Of a stretch of DNA of 64,000 nt, positions 56,984 through 64,000 are shown piece after piece. Numbering within the stretch: position 1 is the first letter of the stretch; each line of letters opens with the position of its first letter. Location of the stretch: positions 5,347 through 69,346 of the forward strand of contig CAZCNP010000002.1 in NCBI GenBank assembly GCA_964500725.1. Direction: 5' to 3'. Source of the DNA: an uncultured Gammaproteobacteria bacterium. Lineage in GTDB: Bacteria > Patescibacteriota > Microgenomatia > Daviesbacterales > UBA10151. The notes beneath the pieces were generated by a model. That model did no database searches. It had not been told where the DNA came from and saw nothing but the letters and a program-made list of their open reading frames with translations. Position numbers and translations under genes: made by a program.

Positions 56984-57875
56984 CAGTTTTTTTTAAACCT
57001 TCATCTAAATCTACTTCTGCTTTCCAGCCCAATTCATTTTTAATTTTCTCAGCTGATGCTACCAAAGAAGGCACATCCCCCTTTCTTTCACCCTTATCTT
57101 CTATAGAGGTTTCGTATCCAACAATCTGAAAAATCTTTTTTACAATGTTAATAACTTTCATTCCTGTTTCTGTCCCAACATTATAAATATGAAGGCCCGT
57201 AAGAGGTAAAGCAAGGGCATGAGCTTTGGCTAAATCATCAATATAAATAAAGTCTCTTACTTGTTCTCCTTGCCAATACAGCGGGATAGGTTGCTTGGTC
57301 AATATTGCCTTAATAAAATTTGGGATAGCGTGGGTTTCAGGAGTGTGTAATTCTCCAGGACCATAGGGATTGAAATAACGGAGTATGGTAACATCAAACC
57401 CATATAAATTATTGTAAAGTTTGCAAAATTGCTCCATAGCTACCTTAGTTAATCCATATGAGTTTTCTTGCTCTCCTAATGGGTCAACTTCAGTAATTGG
57501 TAATTTTTTAGGTTTACCATAAACACAGGCACTTGAAGAAAATATTATCTTTTTAACCCCAGCAACTCGCATAGCCTCTAGCAGTTTGACTGTTCCAACG
57601 ATATTATTTTCAGTAAACTCCACAGGTTTTTTTATTGATTCTCCGACTTCGATAAAAGAAGCCATGTGTATGACTGCATCGTGTCCAGTTAATATTTCTT
57701 CTAATTTTTTCTGATCTGCTAAACTAGTTTGATAAAAAGTTATTTTAGAATCCAAAGATTCTTTCTGGCTGTTTGAAAGATCGTCGACAACAGTAACTTG
57801 ATGTCCTTGGTCAAGGAGAAGTTTGTTAACGTGTGATCCGATAAAGCCAGCCCCGCCAGTTACTAATACCCTCAT
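56949..57875 (-). CDS. galE: UDP-glucose 4-epimerase / NAD-dependent sugar epimerase
   Basis: MRVLVTGGAGFIGSH Rossmann motif, and a YxxxK in SYGLTK. 308 aa. Confidence 0.85.
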   Translation of the reverse strand: MRVLVTGGAGFIGSHVNKLLLDQGHQVTVVDDLSNSQKESLDSKITFYQTSLADQKKLEEILTGHDAVIHMASFIEVGESIKKPVEFTENNIVGTVKLLEAMRVAGVKKIIFSSSACVYGKPKKLPITEVDPLGEQENSYGLTKVAMEQFCKLYNNLYGFDVTILRYFNPYGPGELHTPETHAIPNFIKAILTKQPIPLYWQGEQVRDFIYIDDLAKAHALALPLTGLHIYNVGTETGMKVINIVKKIFQIVGYETSIEDKGERKGDVPSLVASAEKIKNELGWKAEVDLDEGLKKTVNFFRSHPSTI

Positions 57876-57925
57876 GCAAACTATTTTAGCATAAATGAAA
57901 TAGGACTTGTTGCCTGTATAATGGT

Positions 57926-59491
57926 ATGGTTATACTGGTTAAAATGTATAAATTAATGAAGCAAAAGTTTTTAATTATTTGTTTAGTGATTTTAACTATT
58001 GGGATTATATTTAGACTGGCATTAACAGAAAATGGTAATTTTCTGTTTAATATGGACAGCGCAAGAGACTTTGTTGATGTAAGAGAGATGGTAGAACTTA
58101 GAAAGTTAAGACTTACAGGCCCTTCAACCCCTATTGACGGATTATATGATGGACCTTTTTGGTATTATTTTTTGGCAGTCGGCTATATTATCTCGGGGGG
58201 TAATCCATACAGCGCAGTTTTGATGCAAATTTTTCTTTGGGCAATTGGAGGATTCTTTCTATTGAAGTTAATAAAAAATTTCGGTATTTTTTTTACAATT
58301 CCAATTGGATTTACCTGGGTTGCGTCAAACTATATAGTTTTAGCCAATCTTTATTCTTTTAATCCAACACCTGTGACGCTTCTTGCTCCAATGTTTGTAT
58401 ATTTGTTGGTTAAATATTTAAAAAGCGGCAATGCAATTTATGGTATCTTGACCTGGATTTTAGGGGGATTATTTTTCAATCTTGAGATGAATTTTGGAGT
58501 ATTTGTCCCTCTGATAATATTATCAAGTATTATACTTACAGGCAATCTAAAACTTTTAAAACAAAAATATTTTTACTTAGGTATTGCATGTTTTATTTTG
58601 GCTTTGCTTCCGCAAATCCTTTTTGATTTAAAACATCAATTTATTATGAGCAAAGCTGTGCTTAGGCATTTAGCAGACAATTCCGGGTCAGCTCTTAATA
58701 TATTGGATCGGGTAAAAACAGTATCACTAAGTTTTTATAATACATTTTTACCGACTATGATGAACAGCAAGTACCTGGCTTGGATAATATTAGGTTTTCT
58801 CGTCCCTATACTTATTAAATTTATGAAGTCAGCAAAAAAGGATTTGGTCGTTTACGTAAGTTTTATCTTTATTATTATTCCATTTTTAGGCTACTTAATT
58901 TTGCCTGTAACGGTTAATCCTTGGCATTTAGGTGGGGAAATGGCAGTATCTTTGATATTAATAGCGTTTTTGTTCAAAAGTCTCTTTGAAGGAAATTTTC
59001 CAAGCAAAATTATATCTGTGACTCTCTCAATTGGAATGATTTGGTTTGCAGTATCAAATATTAGTAACTTTTTTATGGATGATAGAGGAAAAGCTAATTT
59101 GGATCCATCTTTATACAAAAATGAAATTACTGCAATAGATTATGTTTATAAACATGCTAATGGTAAAAATTTTAAGGTATATACATACTTACCTTCGATT
59201 TATGATTATCCATATCAATATTTATTTTGGTGGTATGGGAATAAAAAATATGGTTATCTACCGGCTGATTATGCTTATATTCCGGATAAACCATCATATA
59301 TATCAAATAAGGCAAGTTTTTCAGCAACAGAGAGCTCTTTGGATAAAAGACCGAATTCAAACTTGGTATTTCTAATAAAGGAACCTGACAGAAATTATAC
59401 CCGTTCTGGTTGGGAAGGTAACTTTATTAAACTGAAGACAATAAAAAAAGAGATGGTTGGTTCTCTGGAAATAGAAATAAAGCAATTATAA
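57926..59491 (+). CDS. Polytopic membrane protein, putative GT-C glycosyltransferase paralog (divergent)
   Basis: NMDSARDFVDVREM..GLYDGPFWYYFLAV first-loop block matches the other paralogs. 521 aa. Confidence 0.55.
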   Translation: MVILVKMYKLMKQKFLIICLVILTIGIIFRLALTENGNFLFNMDSARDFVDVREMVELRKLRLTGPSTPIDGLYDGPFWYYFLAVGYIISGGNPYSAVLMQIFLWAIGGFFLLKLIKNFGIFFTIPIGFTWVASNYIVLANLYSFNPTPVTLLAPMFVYLLVKYLKSGNAIYGILTWILGGLFFNLEMNFGVFVPLIILSSIILTGNLKLLKQKYFYLGIACFILALLPQILFDLKHQFIMSKAVLRHLADNSGSALNILDRVKTVSLSFYNTFLPTMMNSKYLAWIILGFLVPILIKFMKSAKKDLVVYVSFIFIIIPFLGYLILPVTVNPWHLGGEMAVSLILIAFLFKSLFEGNFPSKIISVTLSIGMIWFAVSNISNFFMDDRGKANLDPSLYKNEITAIDYVYKHANGKNFKVYTYLPSIYDYPYQYLFWWYGNKKYGYLPADYAYIPDKPSYISNKASFSATESSLDKRPNSNLVFLIKEPDRNYTRSGWEGNFIKLKTIKKEMVGSLEIEIKQL

Positions 59492-59911
59492 ATGATAAAT
59501 AGTAAATTCTCTTTTATTTCCTCCTGCTTTTTTGATTGAAATTTTTATTGTTTCTTGAGGTAAGTTTTGCAATTTTTCTGCCCATTCAATTAAGACAATA
59601 TTATTTGGGTCTGATAAGATTTCTGCTATTCCTAGATGTTTTAGGTCTTCTGTTTCCTCCAACCTATATAAGTCAAGATGATAAAGTATCTTTGATTTAT
59701 TGGGAATTTGATGTTGTCTGATTAAGACAAAAGTGGGAGAGATAATTTTGTCTGTTATTCCTAATGCTTGGGCAAAACCTTGAATAAAAGTAGTTTTACC
59801 TGCTCCTAAATCTCCTGTTAAGGCAAAAATTCTTTTTGTTTTATATTGCTTAGTAATTTGCCCAGCAATTTTTTTAGTTTCTTTTTCTGAATGTGAAAGG
59901 TATTTTGGCAT
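59486..59911 (-). CDS. tsaE: tRNA threonylcarbamoyladenosine biosynthesis protein TsaE
   Basis: GDLGAGKTTF P-loop, about 140 aa. Confidence 0.85.
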   Translation of the reverse strand: MPKYLSHSEKETKKIAGQITKQYKTKRIFALTGDLGAGKTTFIQGFAQALGITDKIISPTFVLIRQHQIPNKSKILYHLDLYRLEETEDLKHLGIAEILSDPNNIVLIEWAEKLQNLPQETIKISIKKAGGNKREFTIYHL

Positions 59912-61127
59912 TTTTTGTAAGATAAATATACCCTACTAAACAAAATCCAGCAAATATAAAGATCAGCCCTACCCAAACAAGTGGGTTTGTTTGTTTTTGG
60001 TTTTTAACCTTGGTTTTACTTTTGCCCTCTATATTTTTTGCAGAGGTAGTTGCAGCTGCCACAGAGGCAACCTGATAAAAAGATTTTAAAGATTGAGTTG
60101 ATCTTGGTGAGAGGGATTTAAAAGTTGTCGATCTGGGAGTTGCTGAAGGAGTAGGATTTGAGATGGCTTGAGAAGTAGGGGAATCAGTAGGTGTTAAAGT
60201 CTTTACATCATTAATTTTAACTGTAGTTTCATTGCTCCATGTAGGGCTAGAGTTTGATGAATATCTTGCCACTTTAAAAATATAATCTCCAGATCCCTTA
60301 TAGTCAGAATCTTCAATATCAGGTTTTATTTCTATGGATCCTGCCCATACACCGTTATCATTAGTGGTAATTTTATACTGATTTAAATAGTTGGTGCTAC
60401 TGTATTGTATCCAGTTAGAGTTAATTTTAGTTAAGCCAAAATATCTTGTGCCATCAATTTTTTTGAAAGCTCCACTTAAATAATAATCAGTATTTTTGTT
60501 GTTCGGTAGGATCAGATCAGCTGAAACATTAAACGACTGGTCAGAATCTATTTGAGAAGGGATTTTATTTATGATAAATGATGAGGTGGGTTGAGCAGTG
60601 GGGGAAGGGGTTAAGGCAGAAGTGGGTATAGGAGAGGGAGAAGGGGTTGGGGTGGGTGTTGAGGTCTGAAGATTGATTGCAACGGTATTATCTGATGATC
60701 CAGAGGAATTACTGCTGTTACCGGTATAACGCCAGGCTTTAATATTATAAATCCCCGGCCCTTTGTAATCAGGATCTTCAGGGTTTATTTTCAAGGTAAT
60801 TTGTCCTGACCATGTGCCTCCTGAAGGAAGAAAAGCAAAGAAGGCTGATTGGATATAAGCTGTATTGGGCGAATTGATATATTCATACCATTGTCCATTG
60901 TGATTTTTAGTGAAACCAAAATATCTGGTTGGACTGGGAGCAGTAAAAGCAGCTTGAAGGTAACAATAGTTATTAGGACAGCTGGAAGTTAATCCTGACA
61001 GCGAAACGTCAATAGTTACTTCATCATTAGTATAAAGTGGATTTGAGATGGAAAACGAAACTGCAGAAACAGGTGTAACTTTAAAGAGTAAGAATAAGGT
61101 AGCAAGAATTAGTAGTTTTATCCTCAC
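59874..61127 (-). CDS. Surface protein with two internally repeated about 90-aa domains, Ser/Thr/Pro linkers and a C-terminal TM anchor
   Basis: Signal peptide. Repeats YFGFTKNHNGQWYEY..DPDYKGPGIYNIKAWRY and YFGLTKINSNWIQY..DSDYKGSGDYIFKVARY. C-terminal hydrophobic helix then RKRN. Confidence 0.65.
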   Translation of the reverse strand: MRIKLLILATLFLLFKVTPVSAVSFSISNPLYTNDEVTIDVSLSGLTSSCPNNYCYLQAAFTAPSPTRYFGFTKNHNGQWYEYINSPNTAYIQSAFFAFLPSGGTWSGQITLKINPEDPDYKGPGIYNIKAWRYTGNSSNSSGSSDNTVAINLQTSTPTPTPSPSPIPTSALTPSPTAQPTSSFIINKIPSQIDSDQSFNVSADLILPNNKNTDYYLSGAFKKIDGTRYFGLTKINSNWIQYSSTNYLNQYKITTNDNGVWAGSIEIKPDIEDSDYKGSGDYIFKVARYSSNSSPTWSNETTVKINDVKTLTPTDSPTSQAISNPTPSATPRSTTFKSLSPRSTQSLKSFYQVASVAAATTSAKNIEGKSKTKVKNQKQTNPLVWVGLIFIFAGFCLVGYIYLTKNAKIPFTFRKRN

Positions 61128-61143
61128 TAACTAAATAGTACCA

Positions 61144-62373
61144 TTACGGGATATGCCAATACAAAGTTACTGTTCCATTATGGTGATCGATAGCAACTCC
61201 TTTGCCAACGGTGCCGGTTAAATAGCAAGCTTTTGAGTCAGAAAAGGCATAACTATCACCGTTCTCAGCTGCATAAATTGGAGCCCCCCAGTAGTCAGCA
61301 ATATCTAACCCAGTATGAGTTCCTAAAAAATAGCCTTGATTAAATCTTGTTGAGATGTCACCATTATGACAGCTAATATCTGGGGGAGGTGGATAACTGC
61401 AGGCATCATTATTTGTAAATTCAGCTACAGGTTTTGCAAATTGACCAGATATAATATATGGTCTTGGGTCTACTCTATGATCCAGACCCCATTTGATAGG
61501 TTCGTTATTTTCATTTACTATGTAATTTTTGTCATCAATTTTAATAATACGTGCAGGAGTAATAACTTCAAGGTGTAGGTGGGGCCCGCTAGAACAGCCG
61601 GTGTTACCAACCACTGCTATTCGATCCCCTTTTTGGACGGATCCAATTTTAGCGCCTCCTCCAGCTAAAGCCCTGGCAAGTGAATCAGCATCTGCACGTA
61701 GTTTGGCGATTAATTGTCGGTATCTGGTCTCATCATTTTGAGTTTCCCTAAGTAGTTGATCTTTGGCTTTTTTCTGCTCATTAAGTTGGCTTCTATAAGC
61801 TTCTAGTTCTTTAGTTAATTTCTCTGCTTCTGTTTGTCTGGTTTGTTTGTCTTGTTTTTGGTCATTGTAGGCAAGTTTTGTTGCTTGCAGCTCGTATAGT
61901 TTCTTTTTATCATAAGCTTGAGCAGTTTGGATATATTTTAATCTTTCTATTAAATCTGCAAATCCATGAGAGGAAAATAGTAGATCGATTGCGGAGATGG
62001 TATTGCTGTATTTGTAGGTTTGCACGATTCTTCCTAAGAGTAGTTCGGACAGGGTATCCAAGGTGGTGCCGATTCGATCTATTCTAGTTGATAAATCGTT
62101 AATTTCTCTTTGTAATTTTTCAATTTTTAAATTAGTTTCCTCAATCTTTAAAAGAGTTACTCTTGTTTGACCATCAATTAAATTAAGTTGGGACTTTAAA
62201 GTTTTCTCCTGATTTCGAGCATCAACCAGATGATTTTCAAGCTTCTGAATTTCTGCTTGTTTTTCTTCCAGTTGCTTGGCTAAATCAGAAGAATAGTCTG
62301 CCAATGTAGTATAAGCGAGAGTAAAAGCTGCGAAACTAAATACTAACAGAGATAATAGTAATCTTTTCATCAC
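61144..62373 (-). CDS. M23 family peptidoglycan endopeptidase with an N-terminal coiled coil (EnvC-like)
   Basis: Long heptad/coiled-coil N-terminal half. C-terminal GNTGCSSGPHLHLEV (HxH) M23 motif. Confidence 0.8.
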   Translation of the reverse strand: MMKRLLLSLLVFSFAAFTLAYTTLADYSSDLAKQLEEKQAEIQKLENHLVDARNQEKTLKSQLNLIDGQTRVTLLKIEETNLKIEKLQREINDLSTRIDRIGTTLDTLSELLLGRIVQTYKYSNTISAIDLLFSSHGFADLIERLKYIQTAQAYDKKKLYELQATKLAYNDQKQDKQTRQTEAEKLTKELEAYRSQLNEQKKAKDQLLRETQNDETRYRQLIAKLRADADSLARALAGGGAKIGSVQKGDRIAVVGNTGCSSGPHLHLEVITPARIIKIDDKNYIVNENNEPIKWGLDHRVDPRPYIISGQFAKPVAEFTNNDACSYPPPPDISCHNGDISTRFNQGYFLGTHTGLDIADYWGAPIYAAENGDSYAFSDSKACYLTGTVGKGVAIDHHNGTVTLYWHIP

Positions 62374-62376
62374 GGT

Positions 62377-63252
62377 TCATTGTATTTTCAAATATCGTCT
62401 GACTGCGCTAATTGACCCTATTCCTCCGACAAAACATGCAAGTAGCAAGCTGCTGCCTAAAAGGGTTAACATAAATAAAGGATTTATTGGTAAGAATTTA
62501 ACTTCTCCCAGGTATCCTTGTAAAAAGGGAGTAAAATACCAAAGCACAGCGTAAGTTATTACCCAGGATAGCAGTGCTCCTGCTGCACCATAAAATATCC
62601 CTTCTAAGATAAATGGATTTCTAATAAATGAAGGAGATGCTCCTAAAAGACGCATAATTTCTATCTCATTTCTTTTTAGCCTAATTTTAAAGCCAATAAT
62701 CATCACTATAACTAAGGTAGAAAATAACATCAAAAATATTACAGTTGATCCACCGATAATCCTGATCATTTTAGTAACTGATGTTAAGGTTTTCACTACA
62801 TCTTCAGGTACTATCACATCAGATACAACAGGTTCTCTTTTAAGGATTTCCGCAATTGGCGCTAGGTCATTTGGACTTTGGGTAGAAATTTCCAATGATG
62901 CGGGTAAAATATTTGCTGTTACTAGCTCAAGAAGGGCTGGATCATTTTTATTTTTCTCCCGGTAAATTTGTAAGGCATCTTCTTTGGAAATAAATTTTGT
63001 GTTGGTAACTCTGGTTTCCTGACGCAGAGCATTTTTTATAGCTTGGATATCTTGAGCAGTAGTGCCTTCTTTAAAAAATGCAATTACCTGTGGCTTGCTT
63101 TCAAAGTAGCGTAAAGCTGCTTGCGAGCCTGCTGCTAAAATAATAAATGTCATCAAAGCCAAAAATGTTAAAAACATTACCATTGAAGCAGCGATTGCTT
63201 GGAATGGGGTACGTCTAATATTTCTTCTGGCAAATTCTATAGCCCTACTCAT
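62377..63252 (-). CDS. ftsX: Cell division permease FtsX
   Basis: Four TM helices with a large extracellular loop between TM1 and TM2. Lies downstream of ftsE. Confidence 0.8.
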   Translation of the reverse strand: MSRAIEFARRNIRRTPFQAIAASMVMFLTFLALMTFIILAAGSQAALRYFESKPQVIAFFKEGTTAQDIQAIKNALRQETRVTNTKFISKEDALQIYREKNKNDPALLELVTANILPASLEISTQSPNDLAPIAEILKREPVVSDVIVPEDVVKTLTSVTKMIRIIGGSTVIFLMLFSTLVIVMIIGFKIRLKRNEIEIMRLLGASPSFIRNPFILEGIFYGAAGALLSWVITYAVLWYFTPFLQGYLGEVKFLPINPLFMLTLLGSSLLLACFVGGIGSISAVRRYLKIQ

Positions 63253-63919
63253 ATTTTCCTTCCTTATTATCTTTGGTAACTTTTCCAGCTTTTAATGTAA
63301 TTACCCTGCGCTTTAGCGTGTTGACTATCTCTTGATTGTGGGTAGCCATCAATATTGTAGTACCCCAAGAGTTGATTTCATTTAGAAGTTGAATTACACC
63401 CCAGGCAGTTTTGGGGTCTAAATCTCCTGTGGGTTCATCAGCTATAACTACATCAGGTTTACCAACTATGGCTCTGGCAATAGCTGTCCTTTGAGCTTCT
63501 CCTCCGGATAATTGCTTTGGGAATAGATTCCTTTTATCCCAAATTTCTACAAGTTTTAGAGTATGTTCCACTCCTTTTGCTATTTCTTCATCTGATTTAC
63601 CTTGAACCTCTAAAGTTAAAGCCACATTTTCAAAAACTGTTCTATCATCCAAGAGTTTGAAATCTTGGAAAACAACACCAATCTTTCTTCTGAATGTCGG
63701 TACATCAGAAGTTTTAATTTTAGTTATATCAACATTACCTACCAGTATTTTGCCAGCAGTAGGTAAGGTTTCTCTAGTCAGAGTTCTCAGGAGTGTGGAT
63801 TTACCTGCGCCAGATGGTCCGACAATAAAAACAAACTCGCCTTGCTTGATTTCTAAATTAATATCATCTAGGGCAAATGTTGAGCCAAATTTTTTTGAGA
63901 CAGAATCAAAATGGATCAT
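63245..63919 (-). CDS. ftsE: Cell division ATP-binding protein FtsE
   Basis: GPSGAGKSTLLR Walker A, LSGGEAQR signature, and DEPTGDLD Walker B. The start was chosen at the ATG (MIHFDS...) at 63919 rather than the upstream TTG at 63940. Confidence 0.88.
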   Translation of the reverse strand: MIHFDSVSKKFGSTFALDDINLEIKQGEFVFIVGPSGAGKSTLLRTLTRETLPTAGKILVGNVDITKIKTSDVPTFRRKIGVVFQDFKLLDDRTVFENVALTLEVQGKSDEEIAKGVEHTLKLVEIWDKRNLFPKQLSGGEAQRTAIARAIVGKPDVVIADEPTGDLDPKTAWGVIQLLNEINSWGTTILMATHNQEIVNTLKRRVITLKAGKVTKDNKEGKYE

Positions 63920-63950
63920 CTTTTGCAAATGGATTAACAAGGAAGCTTAT

Positions 63951-64000
63951 TTAGTTTCTTCTACCTTACCAACATCCATTAACCAGCCTTCTTTTAAAGC
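63951..64000 (-). CDS. 3' end of an unidentified upstream gene (runs off the window)
   Basis: The minus-strand frame reads ...ALKEGWLMDVGKVEETK then TAA at 63953..63951. Confidence 0.3.

Noticed and set aside
1-64000. CRISPR arrays, rRNA genes, IS elements or transposases
   Set aside because: No regularly spaced direct repeats were found in intergenic DNA, intergenic regions are all short, and no transposase-like ORFs are present. Repetitive DNA is confined to coding low-complexity linkers.

Overview
This is a 64 kb window from a compact, low-GC genome (about one-third GC) that is almost entirely coding. Genes overlap or abut (ATGA and TAATG junctions), several promoters sit so close to their ATG that the transcripts are leaderless or nearly so, and many envelope proteins carry Pro/Ser/Thr-rich linkers. 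The gene content (sortase and LPXTG substrate, many GT-C glycosyltransferase paralogs, no obvious biosynthetic depth) fits a small-genome, possibly Patescibacteria/CPR-like bacterium. That assignment is an inference.

In order along the window:
- a riboflavin operon (ribD', ribA, ribH, ribE; minus strand) under an FMN riboswitch whose expression platform sequesters the SD;
- a rpiB-rpe-LOG-VKOR-dsbA operon;
- a 2-hydroxyacid dehydrogenase and an SDR;
- a large CsoR-controlled copper locus (csoR, DUF1573 protein, Cys-rich exported protein, a DsbD/CcdA-like permease with two vicinal Cys pairs, two mini membrane ORFs, cupredoxin, copA, a DsbD_2-cupredoxin fusion, copZ), translationally coupled to a Cys-rich PfkB kinase;
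- cell-wall enzymes (L,D-transpeptidase, D,D-carboxypeptidase);
- a GC-rich divergent orphan gene pair;
- a 1014-aa lipase-like surface protein;
- a cyclophilin;
- nrdR-nrdJ(B12-dependent RNR)-cobO preceded by an NrdR box;
- lon, then an H+/Na+ pyrophosphatase;
- a histidine kinase and receiver pair, then tRNA-Glu(CUC);
- a CAP-domain protein, then a sortase with its LPXTG substrate;
- an OmpR-type regulator, greA, an HExxH protein and a GC-rich leaderless orphan gene;
- lysS, an HD hydrolase, serS and secA;
- a cluster of six GT-C (PMT/ArnT-like) membrane glycosyltransferase paralogs interleaved with NnrD, a glutamine-synthetase-family protein, a CofE-like ligase and galE;
- tsaE, an internally duplicated surface protein, and an M23-peptidase/ftsX/ftsE module.

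No CRISPR array, rRNA, transposase or integrase was found. The most novel-looking parts are the unusual thiol/copper module inside the CsoR operon, the compositionally foreign orphan genes that carry their own consensus promoters, and the GT-C paralog array.
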